Positions 1 to 14,200 of a stretch of 55,415 nucleotides of DNA are shown here, piece by piece. Under the pieces are notes generated by a model. The model searched no databases, was not told where the DNA came from, and worked only from the letters and a program-made list of their open reading frames with translations. Origin of the DNA: Catajapyx aquilonaris (lineage: Eukaryota); the NCBI GenBank assembly GCA_000934665.2, contig KZ538661.1:1-55415 (forward strand), read 5' to 3'. How positions within the stretch are numbered: position 1 is the first letter of the stretch; every line of letters starts with the position of its first letter. Both the position numbers and the translations under genes were made by a program.

Positions 1-2088
1 AATAAGCTGGGGCTTTGAAGCTGATTAACACACGACAGGGTTGAGACCAAGGTGGAGAGAAGAAGCTGTCCACCTTGACGTCAATCACAGTCTATCCCTC
101 CCCCCTTCCCCTCTCCCTCCTTCTACCCCTTTCCCCTCCTCCCCAACACCTTTTTCCACACGACCAATTAGACACTCACTTTGAGTTGCTTCACTCCAAA
201 CAGGATACATCTCACCTTTTCTTGAGTGAGAAATTCCCGACTTTTCTCCAGCCATTTGGCGTCGTAAATTCCAACGAGAAATGAAGGGGGGGAAATTTTT
301 CTCGTGTCTTATGAGTCAATATACTAGAGAAAGCAAGACATATTGGGTACTGCCCGTTTTTGTGTTGTTTGTACCGTTTTATCACGAGTTCCTTATTATC
401 GTTTGTTTTAAGAGAGAAATTGAAAATATTAAGGCCAGCATTTTTTTTCGGTAAAGTTTTGCTAAAAAATTTTCATTAGTACTATAGTTCGTGCTGTTGG
501 AAAAAACTTGAACAAAAAGAGTACGCCAACACAGTGTTATCTTAGTATTACGGGTCCTGCCGCCATAAAATTGATTACTTCGCATCATTTAATATGTTTC
601 CTGGGCTTTTGAACGGTATGCGCAATATCCGCGTTCCACTGCTGTGATTTTCCCTCTTTCGGGGGCGCCTGTTCTTTCGAAATGCAATAACGCAGGCTAA
701 TTATTAGTCCCCCCCTCATACCTTCCCCCTTCGTACCCATAGGATGACGTGCACTGTTGGTCATCTATTTTAATGTAACGTGGCTACAGTAATATTGTAA
801 CATTTCAATATGATTCTTTTGAATAGAAAGCGATTCGTAACACGTGCCTGCTTTTATAAAGGATTGATATAAAATTTGAAGGGTTTCAAGTTCAGACGTT
901 ATGCAATAACTCATGTCTTATTGATTTGGCCATATTTTGGGTCATTTCCACCAGACATGTGGCGATCGATGGATATGATAATAGGATCGTTTCTGGTTGT
1001 GATGCTTCAGAAGGGGGAGAAAGGGGATTTAAAACTTGAAAGAGCGGTGTGGGCTTATAAAATTCCAAACTGCGCAAATCACGGTTGCCGCAGATTTTTT
1101 TTTTAAAGAGTCTACCTATCTGGCAACTTAATTTATTACCACGCTCAATAAATTTGCCGGGTTTTCATGTCTCATTGTGTGATGGGAATGGCTTATGCCC
1201 TTGTAACTTCATTCTCATATCCTACGCGCCTATGGGTCTATGTCACAAATTCCAAGAACCGGAACTTGGCGATTGTATAGGAAGTAGATAACATGACATC
1301 ACGTCACCGGTTTTTTTTTCTCAACGTTTGACTCTACCTGTTTAAAACTGCTCAGCCAGCGGAATGTATTCAAGGACGTTTAAAATGTAACATACTTGCT
1401 TTTTTATTTTCAATGTACAGTGTGAAGATTAATCCTATTCATGCTTTATTAATTACATCACGCACTTTACTTGTTTACCTTTTAATGAATAACTGCTGCA
1501 GCATACTTGTAAACTGTCTGACCAGCATACTACGTGTACACCACCGAGACATGCATGACAAAAACTAAGTAATGCTGTTAATGCACATGTGGACTAGACA
1601 TAAATATTTATGGCCAGTACACAACAATGAAGCTGTAAATATTAAAGGCGGCTTTTTGCAATCTATGGCCAACAAAATTTAGCTCGAAATAAAAACAATC
1701 ATTCATTCACAATAAAGCGCATTGCAGTTTTTTTTCGCTAAATGAAATACTACAATGACGCCTAGGCACTATACCTTTATCATGATTCAATGTGCTATTA
1801 ATGTTTTATGAGGTTTGGCGAAAACGGTATGGAAAAAGGCTCAAACGTCACGTCGCATTCCGGTACGCCTATAGGAAAAGATACCAAAAAATGTCGAACA
1901 TATGAGAGGTCAAAAGCGCAACCATCTACCCCCTACCACATTACATAATTCATTCATCCAATAATAAAAAAAGAAGAAACACGAGTAATGTTTACGATAA
2001 CAGGATCATAGCTGAGGCGTGTTCATTGACTCAAAACAATACAGCCATAATCGGCGATAAAAAAAGCACGTGCTGCCTGGGTACTCAC

Positions 2089-2207
2089 CACCACTTGCTG
2101 CCCCGTCCTCTCCTCTGACCTTTGCCCTTTCCGCCCTGCACCTGCTGTACCGTCGCCTCCAGCACCAGCACCATCAGCACCAGCACCACCTTTTGAACAC
2201 CCACCAT
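2089..2207 (-). CDS. wg: wingless/Wnt1, first coding exon (partial; gene continues off the left end of the window)
   Basis: ATG at 2207 gives MVGVQKVVLVLMVLVLEATVQQVQGGKGKGQRRGRGSKW(W): a hydrophobic signal peptide followed by the arthropod Wg N-terminal signature GRGSxWW. The exon ends in phase 2 at a consensus donor TG|GTGAGT (GT at 2088-2087). The divergent position relative to a Wnt9-type gene matches the known cluster. Confidence 0.88.
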
Positions 2208-5200
2208 GTCTCCGACTGACCCCCAACTCAGCACATCCAAGTCCCGACTTGTCAAGAGTGGAAGCAACACGCGGCCATTACCGTCACCAAACCATCCGCG
2301 AATGGGCCACCGGGTCTTCCATTCGAACAACGCGCGCCCTCTCCGAAAGAAGAAGAAATCCTCCGGTTCTCTCAGGAGGTCCAACCAGAGAAGGAGGGGT
2401 CAGAAAATCGAGGGGGTGACAAATGTGGCGGTAGATCGGCAATGACTCGGGTATGTCCAGGTGTCAAAAGGCAGCGGGAGTGTGCCCTGAGGGTGTGGAC
2501 ACTAGCTGGTCAAGTTGAGGGCGCATGGCCGAAGAGTGGTCTTGGTACGTTTTTCGGTGGTGGATCTCCTCAGAAAACGGCGGCCAATTGGCGCTTGCGT
2601 TGTAGCCGCCTGCTTCTGCTCCCTCACCCCCCCCCCCCCTATCCCTCCCTCCCTCTTCCCACACTCCCACCCTCCTTTCACCCGACAGTGCACCCTCCAC
2701 CCACCCCCGTAACCCCTTCGACTGCCCCCCACCCCGAAGAGTAGTAGTACCATAAAGGTGTACTTCCTGTTTATTTTTTCCTATTTTCTTTTGTTTTAGT
2801 CCACATGTAAGTTAATACGGATTTTTGGCTTGGATCCAAATAGGACGTAGCAATTAGGGGTTATGTCATGACATGCATGAGTAGATATTGTGTATCATAA
2901 AATATACGGGTGTAAAAACAGGGGTGCAGCCTTGGACAACAATGATAACGCTTACGGTAGTTAATCATCAAGTTTAAACGCAAACAGAAATTATCGCCAC
3001 CGGTATTTTTAGAGAATGGTCACCTGTGACCTCTCGTACTGGCAAAACAGAGCATCGCTGTTTTTACTACCCCCTTTCCGACCCCCCCAAGTCATACTCA
3101 ACCAGACAGGACTGATCGCTGCAAATATTTACATTCCTTAAGCGCCTTATTAGTTACACCCTGTGACTAGCCCGGCACGACTGTTACGTGGTCAAACAGA
3201 ACAGGAACAGGAACGTTGTCCTGCCAATCTTCCAAGATGACCCATCAATCTAGCTACATTCTCCTGACGGTACAGGCCACCAGAAAGTGATCCCAGGATG
3301 AGTTCAGATATACCCACACACACACATACCCCACACGTCTACACACGCACACACACCTGTGAGGTGGAACTGGCTGGAGAAATTTTTCTCACGGTCTCTG
3401 GGAGTCACCAGGGGGTCACTTTAAAAGCCCCCAGAGCTGGGTAGGCGGGGGCTTTTGAGTGAAAAAAAAGAAGACGACGGAACGAAAGTGGGAGGCAGCA
3501 GTAAGGTGTTCGAGGTTACGTCTCTTTTCTTGGACGCGTGTCAACTTAATATGAGGACAGTTTTTTTTTGAAGGACCTGGGGTCAAAAATCGGGCAACCC
3601 TTGCTGTCAATACCCGTGGGCCTCTCATGGGCGCCATAAAAAGGGGCAACACATCCTTGTTGTGGAGATTGGAAGTTCTTATTGTAACATCCTGAGTCTT
3701 GCATGTTGACGCACGACTGTCTGCGTTTTTATGTGATGAAAAGCTCTTGCTTCTTCCTTGCTAAGGGCAATGAGACGTCTTGAGGGGACAAATGGATGTG
3801 TAAAGTCACTGCTGCGTGGGTGAAGGCTTATGGATGAATAACTGGCCCTTGATATTACGCTTTGAAGCCAAGCATGTGTTGTTATGTAGCTGGCTATCAG
3901 TTTTATTGCGATGTTACATCACCGCCGGGGTTGCATAGAGTCGCGCCTTGTTTTGCTTATTGTCAGCAGATACATGACATGAACTTAGACTTAAAGAGTG
4001 AATTTTATGAAATTAAACTGATGGCAGTTGATGTGAGGGTATAATCACACACGCTGAGCAGATGGTGATTTATGCTCGTAGAAACTATAATATTTTTAGA
4101 TTACAGAGTGATGCTATATTGGATTTATCACCTGGAGGCAAATGATTGAAAGAAAAATTATGGTTAAATGAATGACTTAAGTGTTACAAGTTCATAATTA
4201 TGGTATATAATATTCTAGGATTACTATTCATTTCAGTAATATTTGTCTACTTGAAAGGTATAGCAACTTGACCATAAAAATGAAAGACTAGAAAGAGAAT
4301 ATTATAATGTGCGCACTTTCTCCCTAAATGAGTCTTTGGCGAAACGAATGAAACACATTGGAGGGTTTCGTTCTTGGGCGGACCATACATCCTGTTTGGC
4401 GCCACGTTCTTATATATGGAGAACAGTGGGAGGGTCGCTTCCGTTCAAATAGCACAGGTCACCCTTCTGCGTTTTTTCCCAGTTCCCGAACCTTCTTATG
4501 TCCAGACATAACTAAACAATCTCGTTAGAATTTCGGATAATTTTTTACAACGGAATATGTGGTAGGAAGATATTTATTAAATATGTCATTTATTTCAATG
4601 ATCATATATGCTTTGTAAATGAGAGCATGCTTTACCATTTATGTTTCATCAAAAACATATCAAAATTCTTGATAAATTATGTAATATAGGGAAGATATTG
4701 CTTATTGGCCATCTTATAAGCCGCACTTCATTATCATTCCTTACGGTCCTGTCACTTCCAGCATAGTAAATGCAGGGTCGTTCTTATCCGTCGTCGGCAT
4801 AAGTAGGCCGTTTTTGGCAGCCTTGTTAGGGGGGCAGATTTTTAGTGTGTCAGTGCATGCAATAGGAAAAGAACTGGTATACGCTTAAAATGCTTTCTAG
4901 AATAGTGCACTAGAAAATAATATTAGTTTTCCTGTCCTTGTATGCCATCACGCGGTAAATAATTCGACAGAGGATTATAGAACCAATTCGATACCAGTTT
5001 TAGGAAATCTGAGCACAAAATGTAATTTAAAAAATTATGGATTAATTAATACGAAAATTAAACACTGGGCAATATACTAAAACATAGGAGAACTTTTAAT
5101 AATGATTTGAAGAAGAGGAAGAAAGAGATAATCACTTTATAGACTATAATTTATGGAGGACATTGGTATCAGTAGTAGCTTTGTCTTGCAGATATAATAG

Positions 5201-8200
5201 GCTTCAACCACAAAGTCTAAGATATCCTGGTAGCTATACGTCCCTCATATCCTGACCTTTTAATAAATGTAAATGGTTGTGGTTTTTTCATGCATTTTTC
5301 TTTAAACTACCACTATAGGCCTCTAGTATTAAAAATACCGGTATCTAAACCTTATGTGATATGGGGTATAGGTGCTCCGAAAAATCGCAAATGACCGGAA
5401 TAAGAGTTCTCGACTCAATGAGTTCAAAAAGGCACTGACAATTCGAAGCAGCTTATCCGGGTGTCCACGCAAGAAGAATGCTTTTGTCTTCTTTTTCCCT
5501 AACCGCGAGGACGGATTCGTTTCTGAAAAGCCCCTCTAATGCCTGTTTGGTGGATTTAGGCTCACAAATCCTCCTTGATACGCTTTACAAACGCAACACA
5601 TTCATCCCGCTACTGCCTGAAAGTACAGATGGCCCCTGCTTCGTTCCATGCCCGAGATTGAAAGTAATATTTGCCACGTCTCTGCAAGCAAGGTGTAATA
5701 ATTTTAATATTTCCAAGCTTGGCTTTTCTGTCACCCTGTGGAGAATTATTCGTTGAGGAGACATTGAGCGAGAGTGGTGCTGGGGAGGCCGAGACGGTCC
5801 TCTGGTTTGCTGTGCTTGGGCTAACTCTCGCAGCCATCAGCCGGCGCAAGAAAAGGCCCTTTTAGATGCTTTGACAGTTTACCAGTGTTCCCCTTTCAAA
5901 TGTCCGCTGGTAATCGTTTCAATGGCAGAGGAAGCCAACCAGCCTCTGCTTGTCGAGGACCTTTTTTTTCAATTTCCAGGAGAGATTATTGTCCTTTTCT
6001 ACTATAGGGAGTGTAAGACTATCTGCTGTAGTTTACAAACAGTAGCACTGATGGGTGATATCAGATAGTTTGCGCTGACATAACTTCAGTCGTTTCTGAA
6101 TGCTGGTAATAAAACCAGTTTTTGTTGTACATTTAGTGCGTAACGTGGACGTGCAATATGTGCCGGTATCCTTTGAGCTAGAAAATGCGATAAAATAATT
6201 CTAATATTATAGGGTGTTCGGCGGGTAGTAACAAAGCCACAATGCAATGGATTTTGCGAGCTTTGCATTCCTCTTCCACTTGTGGAATTCAACCCAACTT
6301 TCAATTAATGACGCAGGGATTTCCATCCCCTTTTATTAGGCTGGTTAGTGGTTTCATGGAGAATTTGGGTTTGAATGGACGCTCACAATTTCACCACAAG
6401 TTTGTGAGATTTAATGTAATTATTATGAATGTAATCTAGTGATTTAATAACGTTCATATCAGGGATATTTGTGCACGGGTTATAGGTTTGTGCTGTAATA
6501 CCTCCTTCTGGCCCTCTTCTCTCTCTTTAAAAAAAACATCTGAAAAGGGCGCCCTACAAGCACTCCGAAGTGTTTACAAACATAACATAAAGTAGTTCCT
6601 TCCACAGAATCCTTCAGGTCATATTTACGCGTCACTTAACAAATAGCCCGCATGTGTCTGTATTTCCACCACGTGTTTGGAGAGCATCAACAGGCATATC
6701 CCCGACCTGTGTCTTCCTCAACGAAAAGTTTTTTTTTGTCACCAGTTTCTAAATGCTGTCGCTATTGATGCTTTATGTTGGGAATATACCACGCCACGTG
6801 CCTGGAATAGGCAACATTTTTTGTACTCTCAGATTCGCGTTTTAAAAATTTAATTTAATTACAGCAATGATGTTTATATAATAATCAATAATGTTACCCT
6901 TGTTACGATTTGTGCGTGCGCATTCCTTATCACCCCGTTTTAATTGCTGTACAACGTGAGCCATTTCGTGCCCAGATCTAATCGTCAGCATCACATGAGT
7001 CCCAAAAAAGGTCTCTCAAAACAAACAAAAACGCAATTAGTTAGGCAGTTGTCAAACCTGGGAAAGACGCGCTAATTTTAGGTGGCCAACTAACGCAATG
7101 GAAAAGGGTCTGCGAGGTCAGTTGAGGCCACTTCTTATGTTGGGTACCGCATCATCCCGGAGAGGACCAAAGCACTCAACACTCCCGTGGAAGGCATGGC
7201 TTGATGGCTTCCTCCAATGCCAGCTGGAAACCAGACAAGACATACCACAAACTCCCCTTACCTCCCCCCCCTGCCTTTTTACCTTCCCCTCCTCTCTCCT
7301 CTCTGTCTCCCACATTACTAACCCTATCCTAAGAGTGACTCAACATTCCTGAGGGTAGCAGCTGTCAAACTGTGCGACCTGGACGCAACTCGACACATTT
7401 TATAACCTCACTTTTCACCCTTTTCAACAAAAAAAATTGCGAGAGGGAAGAGGTGCTCACTGAGATTCCAATTTGTTTAATAGAAATTCCGGAGGTTTTG
7501 TGATCCCTGTTGTCCCATCAATTTTGTGGTCCCTTTTGAATTTTATTGCATTGCATTTAATTGCAAAGATTAGAATCAATGACTTTTGGGACAGTATTTT
7601 ATTAGCAAATCTCTCCCTGCATTACAAATTGAGTAATACTCTTCTAATATTATGAGCTGGATGTCAGTTAATTAGGTCATTTCTATTATTGGCAAAATAA
7701 TATGTAACCTAATTATTAGGTCAATCGCTGCTTGAAAAGATTGCTCAGTTTTGTAGAAAAATATCACTGGTCATTATGTTTGTTATTAATTTTAACATCC
7801 CAACGGCCATATTTTATTTTTATTTCTTTTTAGAGACGGAAGTAATCCATAATCACGTAAACAGCATTAAACTAATCATATAACGTTTATAACCGTTATC
7901 TCACAATTTACCGTAAATTTCGTTGTGCGGATAAGCCCTATTTCTCACGATAACTATCAAACGATGCAGCTATAACTTTACTCCATATTTTTTTGTTCAA
8001 CCTTCCTGCCTTCTTTTTTTCTCATTTCCTTGGGATGGTAACCATCTCCTTCAGCATGGATTAGCCACTCTTCACTCGTCCACAGAAAAATGGAAGGTGA
8101 CAATAATGGACAGCATTATTGTGACAGTGAAAAGTCATTGTCGCCGGGAGTCGTCCGTGACACTTGTTATCGTGAATCAGCTGAAGACATCTTGCTCGAC

Positions 8201-11200
8201 TGGTGTGATGACACTCAGTTGATGTCTCCGTCCAAGGAGAACCACCTACCATTACAGGTTACGTGAAAACTTTTTAAAATGCCATTTATATCGACCTCGT
8301 GGCTCATATTGAAATACCTCTTTGAGGTTCAACATTTAGCTGACGAAAACCGGAAGCTATGAATCCCTTGGTACATTTTCACTCATTCATTGAAAATAAG
8401 TCTTTTGGAATAGCAAGTGACAGGAATGCCATCCATTTTACATTCCATGGGTGAACCTGGCAGTTGTAGGGAGGCAGATCCTGATTGTTCCAGGTCATGG
8501 TTTTCACACCTGTCAAAGGTATGTGCTACAGAGAGAGAGGAAAGGTCGTCCAGGTGGTCCTCCCTTTGTCGTGATGGAAAATAGACCTACGCGAAAAATG
8601 GGCCATCCATCCGTGCAGCACAGGAGCGGGGAATTTGGGACCTCTGCCTGCTTCCAAACAGCAGTTGGTGAAGAAGCACTTACACCAGGAGGATGGCCCA
8701 CAGCAGCTCTTATAGGGGCCAGGGGGAATTCCTTATAGTTTCACCACCTCTCCATTCAAGGCATCAAGGCCAATCCACTGCGAAGTAGACACATGGAATA
8801 ATAAAAGTCAGGGGAAGTTACATTATTAGGAAGGCATAGGACCATAAATTGAGGGGTTCATTAGCACAAAAAATGGATGATGTGAAGTATTTCTAAGTAA
8901 TCAATTAAAAATCTTGGTTTGTGGGTTAGGTGTCATGTATGTTGGGTGACTTTTTCTAGGCCGTTTTTCAACTATGGACAAATCAATGCATGGTAATATC
9001 AACACTTGGGTAATTTTAATGCGTTGTCGTGGTTAATCCTGCCTTTCGGTTAAAAAGTTCATGAATATTAATTGTGCAGTTTTAAATATATTGCGACCCG
9101 AAGAGAACTAGGCTATCAACAGTCAAGCATGGCTCTGCTGCATTACATTTCATTTACAATCTGTTCAGTTCATAATATATGCAAGAAAAAAACCTTCCTC
9201 GTGTTATTTTCCAATCACAAATATTGGGTAACACACAGTGTGTAGCTGTAATTACCGATGTCAAGACTGGACTTCCTCAAAGAGACACGTGGGTGTCCTC
9301 GTCGTCGTCGTAGTCGTTCTCCCCCCCCCCCCCCCTTGAAAAAAAAATCTGTCTTCCCATTAAGCCGAAACAAAAGTTTTTGCGTGGGATTGCCCAGGGG
9401 TCTGAGTCAGCCTGCTATTTGCGCCATGTAGGCTAATGATTCACGCATACCTGCCAAGAGAGACAAGTGCCCGAAAATAATGGGATGCAGTGACACTTCG
9501 ACACTGACGATTTAATTACATCTTACAATTAATTAGCTATTGGGGCTATTTAGAGCCAACCATCAGCTATGTAATGCTGTTTCTTCTGATATGTGGTCTC
9601 CAAATAATGTTATCAATGCCCATACCCACTGATAGAGTGTATATATTTTCTCCAATTCGAGATAACAATAATGGAAAGTCGGAAAGAGAAGAAAATAATA
9701 TTTATTAATATTACATTTTATTATTCACTCTGCACCATATAACCACCAGTATGTAAACTCTGCAACCTTAACCTCCTCACTGTATAACAGTGACGCAGTG
9801 TTATAACGCTCAATACAGTATATAAGAACGTTACATAACTTTTCACTCCCCTTGAACATAACTAGCACACATAAACTCGGTTTGAATGAAGGCGGATCTA
9901 TAACCCCCTCCTCCGACCTATCTCTTCCCCCCNCCCCCCCCCCCCCCAAAAAAAAGGCCTGGTCAGAAGCGGTGCTCCTGTTGCCATCATCGGCTTTGGG
10001 ATTAGAAGGGACGGTAAAAAGGGTCCCGTCTTTTCTTCGTCCCGTCCAGAAGAGCCCACCTTGCCAATGAACCTGCTCTTCCTTGTCCTCACCCCTGTCG
10101 CGCACCCCATTATCATCTGTTACCCCTCCCTGATGCCTAAAAGCAAACCCTCTTACCTTTTCCCCCAATTCAACGGAAGGGCGACCAAATATCGCGGCTC
10201 AAAAACCAGTGCCCTCCTGGCAACGGATCAGCTAAATAAACCTTACGTTTAAGAGCCAGGGAAAAACAGATGCAATTGACACATATGTGTTGTAACCATC
10301 GAATAAAACTAGACAGACTTGAATTTTCAGGTCATGAAACAATTGAAAGAACAGTTACAGCACCGCACTAATTAAACAACGGGGTGACCAAAAATCCTTG
10401 GTCTAACTGTTTTATCGAGTAGGTGCACTCAATAATTTGCGCTCAACCTGTTCAGCCCATAAGACATTTAAGAGAGAAAATGGAGCCATGTGACAAATTC
10501 TTTCGGTGGGACCCCACTGTCTGGTCGTTGCTCCAAAAATACAATTGAACCTCCTCCAAAGTTGTGCTGGTAGTTGCCAACTTGTAAACAAGTTGACTAT
10601 GGAGCGAAGGCAGGAAAGGGGGGAGGGGAGGGGAGGAAAAGCTGGAAAAGAATGATAGCTTTCACCTGGTGAGGGTCCTTTTAATGGAGGTCCATCATAA
10701 CCCCCTGGAAGCTTCTTCTTCTTCCTTCTACCTAACCCGCCATCTGTGGAGGCAAATGCCATAAAACGAAAGGAGCTGCTGCCAGGCCATTTTAGCACCT
10801 CTCCAGTGACCACCAAAGGAGACTGCGTTTCACCTTTAGGAACTAGGAGCGGGAAATATGGCTCTATAAACCTGGATTTTTATGGTTGGAGATTTCTCAC
10901 CCAGAGGAAAACAGAGTGCTGGTCAGAACAGAAATGTGACGTCATTTCGCTATTTGTGGGCTACAATAACGGAGGTTGAAGGGTCAGTAACGTGTATGAA
11001 TCTATTTGTATAGTCACGGAGTTTAGTAACAGGACGGGGGATTACATCGTCTTGATTTCGGCGGGCTACTTTCGGTCTAATCATTTGTTGGACAGGACCA
11101 CACGTGATTCGCTCATGTTTGTCAAAACTAGAACTGTTTTCCGGAACTCCAATCACTCATGAAATCATCTCTGACAGGTTCAACTGTTCAGCCGTTTGGC

Positions 11201-14200
11201 CCAAAAAGAACGGCTGTTGGTAAGGAGAACCTGGCGGGCGAGGGCCTGGCTGCTCAATAAAGTGCCACCGGTGGTTAAGATAGTTATCAATCAGCGCTTG
11301 AGAGAGACAGGGTTGTTACGTTCGCAGTAGGACCACAGCTAGAGAACTTAGTGATTAGAATAATGTGTATACCTTGTGTTGTATGACTTGTATTATTATT
11401 TTATACTGGTAGTACACTAGTCATTTGCTTCCAATATTATATTCAATTCCTTAACTCTAAATGAATAAAACATACAATGCAGAATGACAAAAACATCATA
11501 TTTACAAGTGACAGTTACTCTGAAACAATAACATTGCAAGTTGAAAATAAGCCCAAGTGTAGCATTAATATTAGGGGCTGTTTGTGAAGAGTGGCCATTA
11601 TTTTTGTTGTGTCCAGTTCAAAGGCATCCGCAAGGTGATGGTATGAAGGCGGAGGGTGATCACCTGAAGGGAAGGAGACGAAGAAGACCTTTTACAGGAT
11701 GGATAGGTAGTTTTCCACGAGGTGCATAAGCCCCGCCTTCCCTTCGCCCCGTCCAGGAGTCCCAGGCGATGATATACAGTAATTACGTGGCTAATAAACA
11801 CTTGGGAGATTCTTATTTTGACAGAAAGCATGGAGAGTGGGGCCCCCGCGGCGGAGATTGCTCGCAACGGACCACACACATTGCTTCTCTTCTACCCAAG
11901 CTTGAAAACTTCTCCTCCCCAAGTCCCCCCTCCCTTTATACCATACCCTCCCTCTCCCCCCCCCCCACCTTGGCCAGCAGCACCCCCATCACCTCCCAAC
12001 GAACCCACCCAACAAACCCCTCGATCAAAGTGTCATTAATAATCCGGTGTGGGCAGAACCTCCCACGGCAGATCCCACAACAATTAATATCTCAATCCTC
12101 TCGCCATGTTGGACAAGAAGGTGGGGAAGAATTCCAAATGATGGATACTCCATCCCTTTGTCTCAGGATCAATCTGTGTGGCCGCAGGTTCCTCACTCAT
12201 TTCGTGTTCTATTGGGCCCAGGGTGAAAATAACCCATGTTTTACTATACACATGATTTTTTTTAAACAAATTATTAATATGTATGAGTTTTAATATGTAA
12301 TGACAAAAGGTGGTGGTTATGCTGCCATCTATAGTGTCCGGGCTTCTCTGGTGATGCTCTGAAACTGCACTATAGTATAATATTGATTCTGTAGTAATTT
12401 TTGTATGACCTGACCTTCCTCAAATAGGATGGATGGTTGCTGGACAAGAAGTTAATAGAACCGTCCTTCAGCTCATTTCGTGTTGTACGAAAGAAGGGAG
12501 GAAAATATGAATTCCAGCCACGTCCTTTCCACCGTGCGAACAGGGTGGGCTCTGATTGCGTGAACGAAGCCATATTTCAGTCCGTGTAACATGACACTGC
12601 AGGTACTGCCTAATCATAGTAATTACTGCTAATCTATCGGATACACCGGATTTCTTCCTTCAGAGCCGACAAAAAAAAGGACAGCCGGAAAGAAGGTGGG
12701 ATAATGTCTTCGACTCAACAAAGTCAGTTTGCAATATTTTTGCTTCTTAAAACTCAATGCCCAATCACGTCAGTCAGGTGTCAGCCCACACTATCCCGTT
12801 TGATACATAGTTTTAATTGCTTTCGGCTATTATTGCATAATAGGCTTACTCATTCATCTGTTCAAAATATTAACCTCAAAAATCAGTTATTGGCAGCTGC
12901 ATCCAACGTCTTAATCTCCTGTAGCATTAAATTATCATAATAGGATGTACACATTCATTTAATAATTATGCGCAATTTTCCCCTTCATTAACTTGCAAAA
13001 ACAATTGACCACAAGTCATATGTCACATGTCAGAGTTGACAAAAAGGACAGCGCTGGAGTTTGAAAACTTTGAGGGGGCCCTGGCCCGTGAAAATGATTT
13101 ATGTTGAACAATGTGAGCCGACATAATTTTCTCTGGGAAAGAGGCGCGAAGTCAGTTCTTAATGAACGTGATGAAGAGGAGGTTCGTGGTTCCTAGAAAG
13201 TGGCAAGAACATGGTTTTGGGATCCCATCCCTCCTCCAAATTACCGTTGAGCTTCGCGGAGGTCTCTTCTGTGAAGAATGTGGTCAGTTTAAGAGCTGCT
13301 GAATGAAAATGAAGGACAAGCGTGTCGGAGCGCTTATGTTGTCCGCCGCTCACGGTATGCTTTCCATTTACTTTGAGTGGCGGTTCCAAGCGGAGGACTT
13401 CATTACTGCTACATACCTTCTCTTTGAACAAAGCCTTCACGCTATGATTCCCCAATATTGCCTCTTTTGTTTGCCCCCTGCTTCATGCTTGCCTTCCTTT
13501 CCTGCCGTCATTTCCGTTTGCTGTTCTACTACTAAAAACACATTGTTTTTGGATTCCACACTTGCTTTTAAAGAATATGGCAAATACACAGAATGCATGT
13601 TCCGACTTGGGAGACGGGAAAATAAGTTCATACAAAACTAGCTCATCCCATACATTTTAGTGGCGACTTCCTTTCGACCCGTTTCTCCTAGAAATCGTCC
13701 CTTGTTAACATCAGAGGTTGGATGTAAATCGCCCTGAGGGTCATCCTGGACCACAACATCTTGTTTCAGTCTGTCGCGCATGTTTATGTCATCGCCTGCG
13801 GTGTTGCAGGTCCAAATTCCGGCCTTAAATCCCGGTCGAAATGAAAAACGAGCCATCAGAACACAATTTCATTGCTGTCCGTCAAATAAGGAGTAGGAGA
13901 AATCTCTGCCACTCCTGATTATATGTGAGAGTGTGCATGCGTAGGTGGGGGGATTCCCACAATTTTTCCCCGGATTCCCATGGATCTGTGCAGGTGCACG
14001 TAATCGCGGACTTGCCTCGTATAAATCCAGAGCTATGCCTCTTTAACATGCATGCCTACGAGGCTCCTGGTGTCCCATAACTCGCTATCCGTTAGATTGC
14101 TCAGCATGCAAGCCGGATGAGTAGGGATTTTTCTTCCCCAGATCCTGTTTCTTAAGAATTTCTTTGTCAAAAATATAAGCATGCTCCCCATATAACCTAG

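Noticed and set aside
2085..2384. 99-aa ORF as a complete gene
   Set aside because: It has a non-ATG start, and its stop codon lies inside the splice donor. Only the last 40 codons are the wg exon.
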